Counted from the first letter of the stretch, positions 8,438 through 18,256 are shown. The stretch: 37,327 nucleotides of DNA from Promethearchaeota archaeon (GCA_014728035.1 WJMJ01000151.1:1-37327); one strand, 5' to 3'. A program made the numbers and translations. The notes: generated by a model from the letters alone, not told the origin.

Positions 8438-9724
8438 ATGGGAAAGTATCCCAACGAATCACTGAGACCGGCAAAGGTCCGGACACGGAATGAGGGTGCT
8501 TATGTTTCATTTCGCTCTCCGAAAGATGTCAGTAAGATTAAGGTATGGAAAGTCTACAGATCAACCACGTATGATTACAAGTCAAAACCTTCCGAATTAA
8601 TCGAAGGGACAGGTGATTTCAATAATCTTTTCATTTTCACTTTGGATGATTCTGCTACTATGTTTGTAGATAGGAAAGTGGAACCGAAGACATCGTATTG
8701 TTACTACGTCTTTGCTGTTGATACGAAGGGGAACTATCACTTTCCGAGTTATTGTGTCGGCAAAGTGATAGAAGATGGACTACCAATGATTGACGGTGGA
8801 GAGCCTACATTCAGTTCTGAACCCAAACCTCTCGAATCTACTGGCGACTATTCTGTATCCTCATCCGAACGCAAGAAATTGATGAAACTATTGAAGCAAA
8901 AGACAGATTCATCTGAGAAATTGGATTGGGTTGAGAGTGTATTGAATGCACTTGAAGCTAGAGATGAACAGGGCTATTGGATAGCTGTTAAAATGGGATT
9001 AATGGAACCTGAAGCCTTCTTGATGTTTGTGGATTCAACAGACGACTTAGTCATCAACTGTGAGACCCTTGTACATGAATTGACTCATGTTGGGTCTACA
9101 ATCCAATATGTCATCCGTGATAAACATCTCAGAATTCCTGATGGTGGAGTAGGCTACATCTACTTGGTTGATGACCACGCAATTGGATGCAGTCTTCCTC
9201 GTAGTGTTTTTTACCGTGAAGAGATATTGAAATTGCTTAATGATAGAGATGATTTTGACTCTGAATATCTAGGCCATTCGGGAAAACAGGATTTCCAATC
9301 GGTATTGAATGAGTTAAATGCGTATTGTCGAGGCCTCAGAACAACACTGCGATTGATAGATCAAGTGTCCTCTGATTCCCCCAGTATAACACATAGACTA
9401 CTGAAATTCATGTTCTATACTCAGATGTACCTGAGAATTGCTAGACAAAAAAATCCAGAAGACTACAAGCTCATTGCTCAATCCAAACCCTTACTATTGA
9501 TTCTTCAGAAAATTTGGGATAATTGTGAGTATTTGGTTGAAGAAGCCTCAAGATATGAGTTAGGTAGAGATGAGTTGTATGATGTTGTTAATTCCAGAAA
9601 GAATCTTTCAGAACTTACCAAACTCTATGAATTAGCTGGATTGGAATTGCATGGTTCTAAACCTATCAAGGATATTGGGAAGTTACCAGAAGCACGTGGT
9701 CTAGCTATAGTAGCTCCAAGATAA
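8438..9724 (+). CDS. FN3-like domain fused to a putative zinc metallopeptidase (HExxH, gluzincin-like)
   Basis: The N-terminal ~125 aa are paralogous to the upstream ORF; TLVHELTH plus downstream LNELNAY. No signal peptide. Start ATG 8438 (or GTG 8429). Confidence 0.7.
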   Translation: MGKYPNESLRPAKVRTRNEGAYVSFRSPKDVSKIKVWKVYRSTTYDYKSKPSELIEGTGDFNNLFIFTLDDSATMFVDRKVEPKTSYCYYVFAVDTKGNYHFPSYCVGKVIEDGLPMIDGGEPTFSSEPKPLESTGDYSVSSSERKKLMKLLKQKTDSSEKLDWVESVLNALEARDEQGYWIAVKMGLMEPEAFLMFVDSTDDLVINCETLVHELTHVGSTIQYVIRDKHLRIPDGGVGYIYLVDDHAIGCSLPRSVFYREEILKLLNDRDDFDSEYLGHSGKQDFQSVLNELNAYCRGLRTTLRLIDQVSSDSPSITHRLLKFMFYTQMYLRIARQKNPEDYKLIAQSKPLLLILQKIWDNCEYLVEEASRYELGRDELYDVVNSRKNLSELTKLYELAGLELHGSKPIKDIGKLPEARGLAIVAPR

Positions 9725-9758
9725 GAATACTATCACCTGAAGTCTAATAGAACTAGTT

Positions 9759-10247
9759 TCACTCTTCAGGTGAACTCTCTTCATCCCAGACTGATTCAAT
9801 ATTTTGGGGTTTTACAAAGTAACCAAAAAGTATCGCCATAATCGAAGCGAATGGTATAGGAACCATCGTGGTGTAGTACTCTATTCCTCCACTCATACCA
9901 CTGGGGATAAAAGAGAGGGGGAGAGTTAGAATTATGCCGATTGTCGTCAGGATAAGAACATTCCTTGCGAGAGTTTTAAACGAGTCTATTTTTCCCTCTA
10001 CTAATCTTGGGACTTGATATGCAGATATTGTATACGGAATCCAATAAAGTACCATGACTAGCATCATGGGACTGAATCCAAAGTATGTTTCTGTTCCAGC
10101 CTTATAAAATATCCATAGAGGTGCATAGATTATAAAGTACTCATTTCCTACCATTGGACCAATTGTTATCATAAATGGAAGCAGAAAACTCAATATTAGT
10201 GAGATAGCCGACAGGATTCTTTTTCGATTTGGTTCCAATTCCCACAC
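9759..10247 (-). CDS. Hypothetical integral membrane protein (~4 TM)
   Basis: 162-aa ORF with several hydrophobic segments that fills the gap between neighbouring genes. Confidence 0.75.
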   Translation of the reverse strand: MWELEPNRKRILSAISLILSFLLPFMITIGPMVGNEYFIIYAPLWIFYKAGTETYFGFSPMMLVMVLYWIPYTISAYQVPRLVEGKIDSFKTLARNVLILTTIGIILTLPLSFIPSGMSGGIEYYTTMVPIPFASIMAILFGYFVKPQNIESVWDEESSPEE

Positions 10248-10325
10248 CGAAGACAGTCATCTATTGAAGACTGATATATATTCGCCTGTAATTAATAGTG
10301 GAAATCATTATGAGATTAATATCTA

Positions 10326-11612
10326 TTATTCCTTCGGTTTATTTCGCCACCATACATAACTCAGAACCATCATGATTACGATAACTCCTGTTCCAATAGC
10401 TGGAATCATAAGTGCCAATGGTTCTGGAATTCCAGCTGGTTGATTTATTTCAAAAGCATACCAATCAGGAAGATCTGTATTGGGGTGTAATGTGGGATGG
10501 ATATCTGTATTATTCTTTGAACCTTCTATTAGATATGCAAAGTCAATTACGAAATCCATATCAGCATCAGTATGATTCCATGGATTGTAGTAATTCCAGT
10601 CAAAGATATTTTCTGTTCCATCATCTATACACTGGTATTTTTCTGCGTTATCAATGAAGTCATTGAATCTAACTGTGTTCTCGCTGGTTTTTCCATCCAA
10701 TCTAACCGCATAACTTGAACAATTCAGAATTGTATTATTATAGATGGAATTATCTTGAGCTAAAAAAGTCCCCCAAATGCCCATTCTATTATTTTCCCAT
10801 ATGATATTGTGATGGATGTCGTATCCTTCTCCATATACGAAAATTCCAGACGCTGTATTTTTCGCGATTATGTTGTGATGGATTTTTGACCCGTTTCCAA
10901 GAGCTTTGATTCCATGGCCATGGTTTTTCGATAATGTATTACCTAAAATGATATTGTCATGACTATCTTCAAGTAATTCAATTCCTACAATCCAGTTTTC
11001 ATAAATCTCATTTTCTTGAATAACGTTTTCAGTATTATTCCAATCAAGCCAGATACCACCTTCTCGATTTGCATATATTGTGTTATTCATGATTTTATTT
11101 CCAACACAAGTTAGTTCCAAAGCGATTCCCATAGCTGAATTATCGTAGATATCACAATTCGATATTATCGAATCATTAAGTTCTAACATATGCATTCCAA
11201 TTGCTGCGTTCTTAATTGTTACATTTCTGACTATTGCATTTGATACATGAGCAAGATAGAGACCACACCATGAATTGTCTAAACCATCTAACCAGCAATT
11301 TTGGAAGATGAAGTGATAATCTGTGTCAACTACTCGAAAAAGATGTCGATTGTTCGTAATATTATAGTTCTCGATAACAAATGGATCTTCTGCTGTTCCT
11401 GATCCTGACCAATCTAGTAGATCTGCTTGATTTTCAAAATCTTCGTTACCATTGATTGCAATGAAATCTATTGGAATAAAAGAATCATTTGATAGATGCG
11501 AATGGCTAGCGTTAATTCTGAATAATGGAAAAGACATATGTGGTGAAATCACTACTATTGAAGTTAGAATAAAGAACATCGAGAATAATACTACATTTTT
11601 CCTCATTAACAT
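10326..11612 (-). CDS. Right-handed parallel beta-helix (NosD/CASH-like) surface protein
   Basis: Signal peptide MRKNVVLFSMFF; GSGTAEDPFVIENYNI; repeated N.I..N...GI.L; C-terminal TM. Start trimmed to ATG 11612/11606 because the longer ORF overlaps the divergent gene. Confidence 0.85.
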   Translation of the reverse strand: MLMRKNVVLFSMFFILTSIVVISPHMSFPLFRINASHSHLSNDSFIPIDFIAINGNEDFENQADLLDWSGSGTAEDPFVIENYNITNNRHLFRVVDTDYHFIFQNCWLDGLDNSWCGLYLAHVSNAIVRNVTIKNAAIGMHMLELNDSIISNCDIYDNSAMGIALELTCVGNKIMNNTIYANREGGIWLDWNNTENVIQENEIYENWIVGIELLEDSHDNIILGNTLSKNHGHGIKALGNGSKIHHNIIAKNTASGIFVYGEGYDIHHNIIWENNRMGIWGTFLAQDNSIYNNTILNCSSYAVRLDGKTSENTVRFNDFIDNAEKYQCIDDGTENIFDWNYYNPWNHTDADMDFVIDFAYLIEGSKNNTDIHPTLHPNTDLPDWYAFEINQPAGIPEPLALMIPAIGTGVIVIMMVLSYVWWRNKPKE

Positions 11613-11782
11613 TTCCAGAATCTGTTTATATTTCATCCAAAATAAAGAATTGGTCAGAGCAATACTACTTCTTAGTATTTTGTACTTTTTTGTAGACCTG
11701 TTTGTACTAAAGGATGACCTCCTTATCTTATGACTCAAAAACATTTTAAGATTGGAAGAATCGAAAAATGTGGAGATTAATT

Positions 11783-13201
11783 TTGGCACTTAGAACACCA
11801 TCTATCTTTCGAAAATTTGTGGATATGGAGGAGAGTATGAGTTTGTTTGCCCTTGAAGTTGATGGGGTTCGTATTTGGGAACGAATTAGAGCTCCTCTTT
11901 ATCTACGGCTGCAAAATAGAATAATCAGCAAAAAGGAAGAAACCAAGCCAAAACAGTCTCTCAAGAAGCGGATAATGTTTTATATAAAATCCATAATTAG
12001 ACTTGACAAGAATCCTCTATTTTCGTTTTCAAAAGATGTATTAATTTGTGGAAGCCAAAGGCGATTTTTGCATGAAGATGGAAAGTGGTGGGATATTTAC
12101 ACGGACTATATATTAGATAAAATAGAACACTCTACAATTTCTATCGAGAGAAGCTGGCAGCTTGGTCATAGAAAGCCGTCCAAAACAAAAAATCTCTATT
12201 ATTTCGATATAATGGAAACTTTGATTTTCATTGCTAATCGACTAAAATTGTTTCAAGTCAATTTACAATCCCATGAGATGAAATCTCTGTTGAATATATC
12301 TCGGGAGATAAAGAAGAGGTTCAATATTTACATTGATGTCATGCAGTATGCTACAACAGTTCTTTCTCGCAGAAAAATAAAATTAGCATTCTATAGAGTA
12401 CTGTTGAAAAGAATTAACCCGAAACTGGTTTTACTTGTTGTTAGTTATGAGAGAGAGGATTTAATCGAAGCTTGCAAAGAACTAGGGATACCCACGGTAG
12501 AACTGCAGCACGGTGTAATTAGTCCACATCATCCTGGATATTCTTTTCCTCCATCTACTAAACAAATTGAAACCTTTCCTGATTATATCCTTCTATTTGG
12601 TGACTATTGGAAAACACGTTCATCATTTCCCATTTCCAGTAACCGGTTAGTACCAGTGGGTTATCCTCATATGGAAAATATGTTAATACGATGTAAAAGG
12701 CTCAATAAGAGAAAGCAAGTGGTATTTATTTCACAACCTATGCTCGGAGATGGATTAGTGAAATTTGCAGTTCAGTTGAGTCAGATAGATGATTTTGATT
12801 ATGATATAATTTTTAAACTTCATCCAAAAGAAATTGCAAATTGGAAAGAAAAATATCCTCTGCTGGTTGATACTGATATTATAGTTGCAGATAGTCTTGA
12901 ACAAATTCTCTATGATTTATTTGCACAATCCGTAGCCCAAATTGGTGTATCTTCGACTGCCTTATACGAAGGAATGGCTTTCAATTTAGAAACTTTCATT
13001 ATCGATATACCAAGCTCAAGTTATTTTCATGATCTAATAGAAGAAGGACTGGTTCATCTGGTTTCAAGACCTGAGCAAATAAGAGATATACTAATCAATA
13101 AATCTACCACAGATGAAATAGAAACTTCTAAGATTTTTCTAAGTAGCTCTACTGAAAGAATCTTGGAATTCATAAACAGAATGGTAAATCGAAATGCCTG
13201 A
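11783..13201 (+). CDS. GT-B fold glycosyltransferase-like protein (capsule/polysaccharide biosynthesis; sialyl/glycerophospho-transferase-like)
   Basis: GIPTVELQHG, FPDYILLFGDYW, VFISQP, IFKLHPKE and IGVSSTALYEG. The TTG at 11783 follows GGAG; GTG 11768 is an alternative start. Confidence 0.7.
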   Translation: MALRTPSIFRKFVDMEESMSLFALEVDGVRIWERIRAPLYLRLQNRIISKKEETKPKQSLKKRIMFYIKSIIRLDKNPLFSFSKDVLICGSQRRFLHEDGKWWDIYTDYILDKIEHSTISIERSWQLGHRKPSKTKNLYYFDIMETLIFIANRLKLFQVNLQSHEMKSLLNISREIKKRFNIYIDVMQYATTVLSRRKIKLAFYRVLLKRINPKLVLLVVSYEREDLIEACKELGIPTVELQHGVISPHHPGYSFPPSTKQIETFPDYILLFGDYWKTRSSFPISSNRLVPVGYPHMENMLIRCKRLNKRKQVVFISQPMLGDGLVKFAVQLSQIDDFDYDIIFKLHPKEIANWKEKYPLLVDTDIIVADSLEQILYDLFAQSVAQIGVSSTALYEGMAFNLETFIIDIPSSSYFHDLIEEGLVHLVSRPEQIRDILINKSTTDEIETSKIFLSSSTERILEFINRMVNRNA

Positions 13202-13326
13202 ATACTTACTATTCATTTTTTCATCATAATGTTGTAATAGTGACTTCTTGAAAAGTAATAATGACTAAGATGTGAACGCCTTTTTATCCCGAGAGATTCA
13301 ATAGGCTCAATATCAAGTTATTATTT

Positions 13327-14544
13327 GTGACATCTCAATCTGACAGAACCCATTTCAATCTATCAACTGACATTCCTCGCCATACTGAGATTATAGAGAT
13401 TGATTTGGGTTTTCTAAGAAAATATCCTAATTTGACTTCTGTAAAAATTAATCATGGTGAAAGACTAAAGCAACTAGATCTTCGAGTTTTAGGTCAGTGT
13501 AAAAAATTAAAAAAACTAGAGATATCTCATTTATGGAGTCTTAAAGAAATTAGTCTCGACCCACTTTCTGAGTGTTCAAGTCTACAAGAATTCAAATTAA
13601 ATTGGAATTCGAGTTTGAAAGAGTTAAATCTTCAACCCTTAGCGTCATGTAAGAATCTACAACATTTAGAGATAAGATGGAATGGAGCGCTTCGAGAACT
13701 CGACTTAGAACCATTAGCACATTGCAAACAATTACGGAGTTTTCAATTCACAAGATCAAGTCATCACCAAAGCACTAATCTCACTCCATTAGTTTGGTGT
13801 TCTAATCTACGAGAACTCCGAGTAGATGGTAATTCCCATGCTGATAGTATTCTAACTTTTCATCCCGCTATTCGGTCTTCTGATTTTAGTTGCAATCTAT
13901 TCTATCCATCGGTTCTCCTAAAGGAGTATGTTGAGAAAAATGGTTGGGGGTTACTTTTTTCTCTAATGAATGATGATATTTACTTGGACGATGTTTCTCT
14001 TATCCAGCTCCAATATCGGTGGTTTGCCGCTTTTGGATTAAATGAATTTGGGGTGTTCGATGGTGACATCCGTAAACAATTGGAGGCTATTCCAGATTCG
14101 TATAATTTTCAAGAGATTTTCAATCAGGTTAAGAAAAGAATTCAAAATTGTATGATTGAACAAATCAGGAATAACGGCCCTACAAGACATATGGATGTTG
14201 AGAAGCTTAAATCCTCTATTGGGGTCATCATGATTCCGCATATCGTGAGAAGAAGACGAGAGGAAATTGAAAATCTGGTTATCGCTAAAGAATATGATTT
14301 GTCAATAAAAGATAGATTTGATATCTCTCAGGAGTACTATGATTTAGGGCCTTTGTGGGTTACTCATTATGGCTATGAAATTCTCAGTGCGTTAGAGATG
14401 AATGTTGTTGCCAAAAAATATGAAATTGAAGAAATTAAGGACGCTCTTAGACGAATTGGTTTGGAAATCGAAATTGGGCCTAGATCAATTTATTCTGTAG
14501 AGATGTCCAAAGCAATGAAGGAGTATCTGGTGACCAAAAGATAG
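13327..14544 (+). CDS. Leucine-rich repeat protein
   Basis: About five to six ~25-aa repeats of L.ELDL.PL..C..L..L.L..N, followed by a helical C-terminal domain. Confidence 0.85.
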   Translation: MTSQSDRTHFNLSTDIPRHTEIIEIDLGFLRKYPNLTSVKINHGERLKQLDLRVLGQCKKLKKLEISHLWSLKEISLDPLSECSSLQEFKLNWNSSLKELNLQPLASCKNLQHLEIRWNGALRELDLEPLAHCKQLRSFQFTRSSHHQSTNLTPLVWCSNLRELRVDGNSHADSILTFHPAIRSSDFSCNLFYPSVLLKEYVEKNGWGLLFSLMNDDIYLDDVSLIQLQYRWFAAFGLNEFGVFDGDIRKQLEAIPDSYNFQEIFNQVKKRIQNCMIEQIRNNGPTRHMDVEKLKSSIGVIMIPHIVRRRREEIENLVIAKEYDLSIKDRFDISQEYYDLGPLWVTHYGYEILSALEMNVVAKKYEIEEIKDALRRIGLEIEIGPRSIYSVEMSKAMKEYLVTKR

Positions 14545-14545
14545 T

Positions 14546-14968
14546 TCATGATAAACTCTTTCTGAAAAACACTTCACCTACACCTCCTTCATTCATACCA
14601 GCTATGATTCCACATTCTTCAAAGCCCATATATCGATGCCAAGCTTGCGGTTCGGCTTCATTTATCGTAGAAGATGACATCAGTATTGAATGTCCTTTCT
14701 TCACATGCTGCTCCTCTATAAATTCGAGTAATTTTCTCCCTATTCCCTTTCTGCGGAATTCTTCCACTACCCGAATTAGTGCGAGAAATGGAATTTGTGA
14801 ATACATATATTCCAGTCTGACGTATCCAGCTCTCTCGCTTTCCTTCTCAGCAATAATAATATGAGATAATCGTATTTTGTTTTCAATAACTTCCCTTGAT
14901 ACATGATTATCAAAAGAATTACACCAATCGATATCTTTGTCAGTTGCATATCGTACTAGTATTGACAT
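14546..14968 (-). CDS. GNAT family N-acetyltransferase
   Basis: Acetyl-CoA motif A V.EEFRRKGIGRKLL and a C-terminal MGFEECG. Confidence 0.9.
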   Translation of the reverse strand: MSILVRYATDKDIDWCNSFDNHVSREVIENKIRLSHIIIAEKESERAGYVRLEYMYSQIPFLALIRVVEEFRRKGIGRKLLEFIEEQHVKKGHSILMSSSTINEAEPQAWHRYMGFEECGIIAGMNEGGVGEVFFRKSLS

Positions 14969-15349
14969 ATTTTCATTAGATACATACCTACCAAATAATT
15001 ACTTTGTGAGAATATTGTATACATTCTATGAAAAAATAGTGTTATTTCTGAATAATGCAGAATAAGATTAACATCCTGAATACTGCGGTGTAGCTGACCT
15101 AATAATTTACCTATTCATTATTCTCGATACATTTTTGATTGATCTGCGATGGTCTATTTTTCAAGCTCTCCCAATTTTGTTATTATTCTTAATTGTGTAC
15201 GAAAAAACAGGTTGCGTTCCAAAAAGTTTCGATTTCATGATAAACTTTCTCGGGAATAGAAAATACAGAATCGTATTAGATTGCTATTACACTTGCAATC
15301 CTAATTTGCTAATATAATGAAAACTAGCCCAAATTATGAAATAAAATCA

Positions 15350-15409
15350 ATATATCTAATAGGTGGTTTGCAACTTTTGCAATTACCATTCGTGTAACCA
15401 CCTGGTGAT
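15350..15409 (+). promoter_or_regulatory. Putative promoter/operator region of GTPase module 1
   Basis: ATATATCTAATA at 15350-15361 (11/12 match upstream of module 2); inverted repeat AGGTGGTT 15361-15368 / AACCACCT 15396-15403; palindrome TTGCAA-CTT-TTGCAA at 15368-15382; SD GGTGAT at 15404-15409. Confidence 0.5.
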
Positions 15410-15413
15410 AAAT

Positions 15414-15959
15414 TTGACAAATGATTCCCCTAATATTGCGAAGTTATTACTTGTAGGCTCCGGTGGAGTTGGGAAAACCAGTCTCGCGTCAAGACTGGTT
15501 GGAGATAAATATGAAGAATCTCCCATGACGGTAGGGCTCGATATATCTACCTGTGAGCTTGAAGATAAAGAAGATGGATCAAAACTTAAGATTGTTACTT
15601 TTGACCTTGGAGGCCAGGAGCGTTTTCGCTCTTTCCAGAAAGATTTTTCTATTGGCTCTAAAATTTGTTTGGTAACGTTCGATCTCTCAAGATATAATTC
15701 ACTGCTCGAACTTGAAGAGTGGATTAGTTTTATTGATTGTATTCCAAAAGAAGGCCGTATTCTTGTAGGAAACAAATCAGATCTGTCTTGTGAAGTGTCA
15801 GATTCCGATATTGATGAAATTTCGAAGCGTTACAACATGCCTTGGCTAAAAGTAAGTTCAAAGACTGGTGAAAACATAGATAAATTGGAAGGGTTGATAA
15901 TTGAAACAATTAAATCCAGTAATGATTATTCAACCAGAATAGAAGAATTCCTGACTTGA
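15414..15959 (+). CDS. Small Ras-superfamily (Rab/Arf-like) GTPase, module 1
   Basis: G1 GSGGVGKTS, G2 MTVG, G3 DLGGQERFRS, G4 GNKSD, G5 VSSK. Start TTG 15414 follows GGTGAT. Confidence 0.92.
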   Translation: MTNDSPNIAKLLLVGSGGVGKTSLASRLVGDKYEESPMTVGLDISTCELEDKEDGSKLKIVTFDLGGQERFRSFQKDFSIGSKICLVTFDLSRYNSLLELEEWISFIDCIPKEGRILVGNKSDLSCEVSDSDIDEISKRYNMPWLKVSSKTGENIDKLEGLIIETIKSSNDYSTRIEEFLT

Positions 15960-15979
15960 GTTAAGAAATAGGTGATTAC

Positions 15980-16423
15980 TTGCCTTCGATTAAATTTACT
16001 TGTCCAATATGCAAACGTACGGAGACAATAGAAGTTAGTGAGGAAAAAATCCAAAGTGCAGAAAGAAATCCTGTTCCTGTTCTAATAACACACGGTTCTC
16101 CTGAACATGCTGTAACTGTTTTTATCGACAAGTCATTTAATGTAAGAGCTACAAGTGCTGCTGATATTATCCAACGTATTCAAGATACAGAATCTGCACC
16201 TCGGAAGTATACTCGAAGGCATGTACCGGTTCCAAAACAAACCAAAGTCCAACTTGATGATTTAGACTATGCTCAAGTTAAAATTGTAGCACTTGCTGAT
16301 GGAGATAAGAGTGTAGATGAACTTGCAGAAATCTTGGATATTCCTGCAATGAGATTGAAAATTCTCTGTGAACAATTAGTAAAAATGGAACGACTAGAAT
16401 CTGTAAAAACGGTGGTAGAATAG
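15980..16423 (+). CDS. Zn-ribbon (CxxC...H...H) plus C-terminal winged-helix protein, module 1
   Basis: FTCPICK...VPVLITHGSPEHAVTVFID; wHTH-like ADGDKSVDELAEILDIP...LCEQLVKM; AGGTGATT SD before TTG; paralog at 18940. Confidence 0.82.
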   Translation: MPSIKFTCPICKRTETIEVSEEKIQSAERNPVPVLITHGSPEHAVTVFIDKSFNVRATSAADIIQRIQDTESAPRKYTRRHVPVPKQTKVQLDDLDYAQVKIVALADGDKSVDELAEILDIPAMRLKILCEQLVKMERLESVKTVVE

Positions 16424-16424
16424 A

Positions 16425-17036
16425 ATGAAGAATTGGTTAATAATTCAAGCATCTAAGGCGAAAAAATTAGGAAGTGAAAAAGTAGTCACAATGACTCTGA
16501 CTAAACTAAACGACCTTCTAATGACAAGTCTTCTGGATATTGCTGGGCCTGAAAAGAGTCTTCAGACTGTGTTTGAAGGTGGAGTTCAGTTAGGTCATGA
16601 GTTTATGATGGAACTCTCAGCACATCTCGAACCTGATGAAAGTAGGATCCCCGCATATGGTGAGGCGGCATGGATTATGTTCTCCGGACACAAACCAACA
16701 GAACAGAATCTTGAGAATATAGAGATTGATGAGAAAGAAGCTTTCTTGTATACTTTTACGGATGATGATTCACCTTGGTGTCGGGATATTTCTTTTCCTC
16801 ATAAATTCTGTCAGTTCCCAGCGGGTGCATATCAAGGTGCAGCTCAGACTTGGAGTGTTCTTACTAGAGATGGTTATTATAATGTTCTTAGTCGTGAAAC
16901 AAAATGCAAAGCAGTGGGTGATGATTGCTGTGAATTCAAGGTATTTTTTGTCCCTCAGACTATAGATATCGCTAGAATGAAAGAACTATATCCCTCCTTA
17001 TTTGAAGAGATACCCACAGGATTTTCCGTATATTAG
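16425..17036 (+). CDS. V4R domain protein (Bet3/TRAPP/H-NOX fold), module 1
   Basis: FEGGVQLGHEF; FCQFPAGAYQG...RETKCKAVGDDCCEF matches the V4R C..G...G / E..C...G...C.F pattern. Start could be ATG 16491. Confidence 0.82.
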   Translation: MKNWLIIQASKAKKLGSEKVVTMTLTKLNDLLMTSLLDIAGPEKSLQTVFEGGVQLGHEFMMELSAHLEPDESRIPAYGEAAWIMFSGHKPTEQNLENIEIDEKEAFLYTFTDDDSPWCRDISFPHKFCQFPAGAYQGAAQTWSVLTRDGYYNVLSRETKCKAVGDDCCEFKVFFVPQTIDIARMKELYPSLFEEIPTGFSVY

Positions 17037-18256
17037 CGAAGCAAAGATTTCAAAACTGAGATTGGAGCACGTCTATAGACTTTACTCCGTGCTTCACCAT
17101 AACTCTTGAGTCCGATAATCATCTCTGCGGCTGCCTTACAAGTATCCTCATCTGATGCCATCATTTTAACTAATAGTTCCATTCTGCGAACCGATTTGTA
17201 GACGAGATTGGCCAATGGTAGACCTTTGTTGATAAGATCGTCTCCAAAATCTTCCATCCATTTTTCTTTGTAGATTGTTACTAGTTCATCATCCAATTGT
17301 CCATCAATATCCTCATGGATTGTTTCAGCAGCAATTCGACCAGTTGTAGTACCATAATAGAGACCTTCACCCGTAACTGGAGATACAAAGCCTCCTGCAT
17401 CGCCTATCAATAGGATATTACCGATTCCGGTGGGATCAAATGGTTTCTGAAATGGCACTGGATGAGTTTTCCTTGTACTACCATCAAAGTTTTCCGGCAC
17501 TACCCCTCTTTTCTTCAAGCTCGCGAGAAAAATATCGAATATTTCAAATTGGTTAATTGGTGGAGTTTCTTGGTTACTAAAACCTATGCCGATATTGAGA
17601 TACCCTCTTTTTGGAAAGACCCATCCATAGCCTCTTGGAACAACACCGAAATAAAGCTGAATTTTCCTCTTACCATCAAAATGATGATCTAATATACTGT
17701 CGTCAATAGGATTTTCCGCACACACGGTTCTAGCCATGTATTCATAGGGTTGGGTGAAACCTAATTTTTTCTTATAAGATCGAAGACCTGTACCATCTGC
17801 AATTACTACATATTTTGCTTTTACTGGGTCCTGGTCTTTGAAAAAAACTCTAATGAATGTCTTCTTCGGATCTATATCTTTGACCATAGTTTCTTCAAGA
17901 GTTTCTGCACCTGCATCTTTGGCGTCCACTAGAAGTGCATGGTCCCATTCAGTTCTAACTACAAGGTTAAGACATTCTTCACCTTCATAGTCAGCTTCCT
18001 GATAACTAGGTGAAAAGACAGTTAATCCTTCACTTTGGCAATTGATTGACTTTATACCTTTTGGACCAAGATTTATCTTTGTTCTTTCTGATAAAGCACC
18101 TCCACATGATTTGAATCGAGGGAATTTCGCTTTATCAACAAGTAAAACATCCAAACCTATTTTTGCTGCATGCATAGCACAGATACTACCAGCTGGACCA
18201 GCACCGACTATAACTAAATCCTTCAGGGTTTTTTGGCCTCCGGCATTAGAGGTCAC
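17033..18256 (-). CDS. Geranylgeranyl reductase family FAD-dependent oxidoreductase
   Basis: DLVIVGAGPAG, FPRFKSCGGAL, VVIADG, GYGWVFPK and LLIGDAGGFVSPVTGEGLYY. Confidence 0.9.
   Translation of the reverse strand: MTSNAGGQKTLKDLVIVGAGPAGSICAMHAAKIGLDVLLVDKAKFPRFKSCGGALSERTKINLGPKGIKSINCQSEGLTVFSPSYQEADYEGEECLNLVVRTEWDHALLVDAKDAGAETLEETMVKDIDPKKTFIRVFFKDQDPVKAKYVVIADGTGLRSYKKKLGFTQPYEYMARTVCAENPIDDSILDHHFDGKRKIQLYFGVVPRGYGWVFPKRGYLNIGIGFSNQETPPINQFEIFDIFLASLKKRGVVPENFDGSTRKTHPVPFQKPFDPTGIGNILLIGDAGGFVSPVTGEGLYYGTTTGRIAAETIHEDIDGQLDDELVTIYKEKWMEDFGDDLINKGLPLANLVYKSVRRMELLVKMMASDEDTCKAAAEMIIGLKSYGEARSKVYRRAPISVLKSLLR

Noticed and set aside
8427-8440. Possible stop read-through or frameshift fusing 8049..8429 to the downstream peptidase
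   Set aside because: The ORFs are in different frames, there is no slippery sequence, and the second gene has its own start at the position equivalent to the first.
11613-11789. N-terminal extension of the 487-aa beta-helix ORF
   Set aside because: It precedes a clear signal peptide and overlaps the divergent gene; more likely intergenic promoter DNA.
15135-15317. 60-aa ORF upstream of GTPase module 1
   Set aside because: TTG start without SD, no motif, AT-rich intergenic context, and no counterpart before module 2.
13327-15959. LRR protein plus DxGGQ GTPase as a split Roco (LRR-Roc-COR) system
   Set aside because: They are separated by an opposite-strand GNAT gene and ~450 bp of non-coding DNA, and no COR domain is recognisable.
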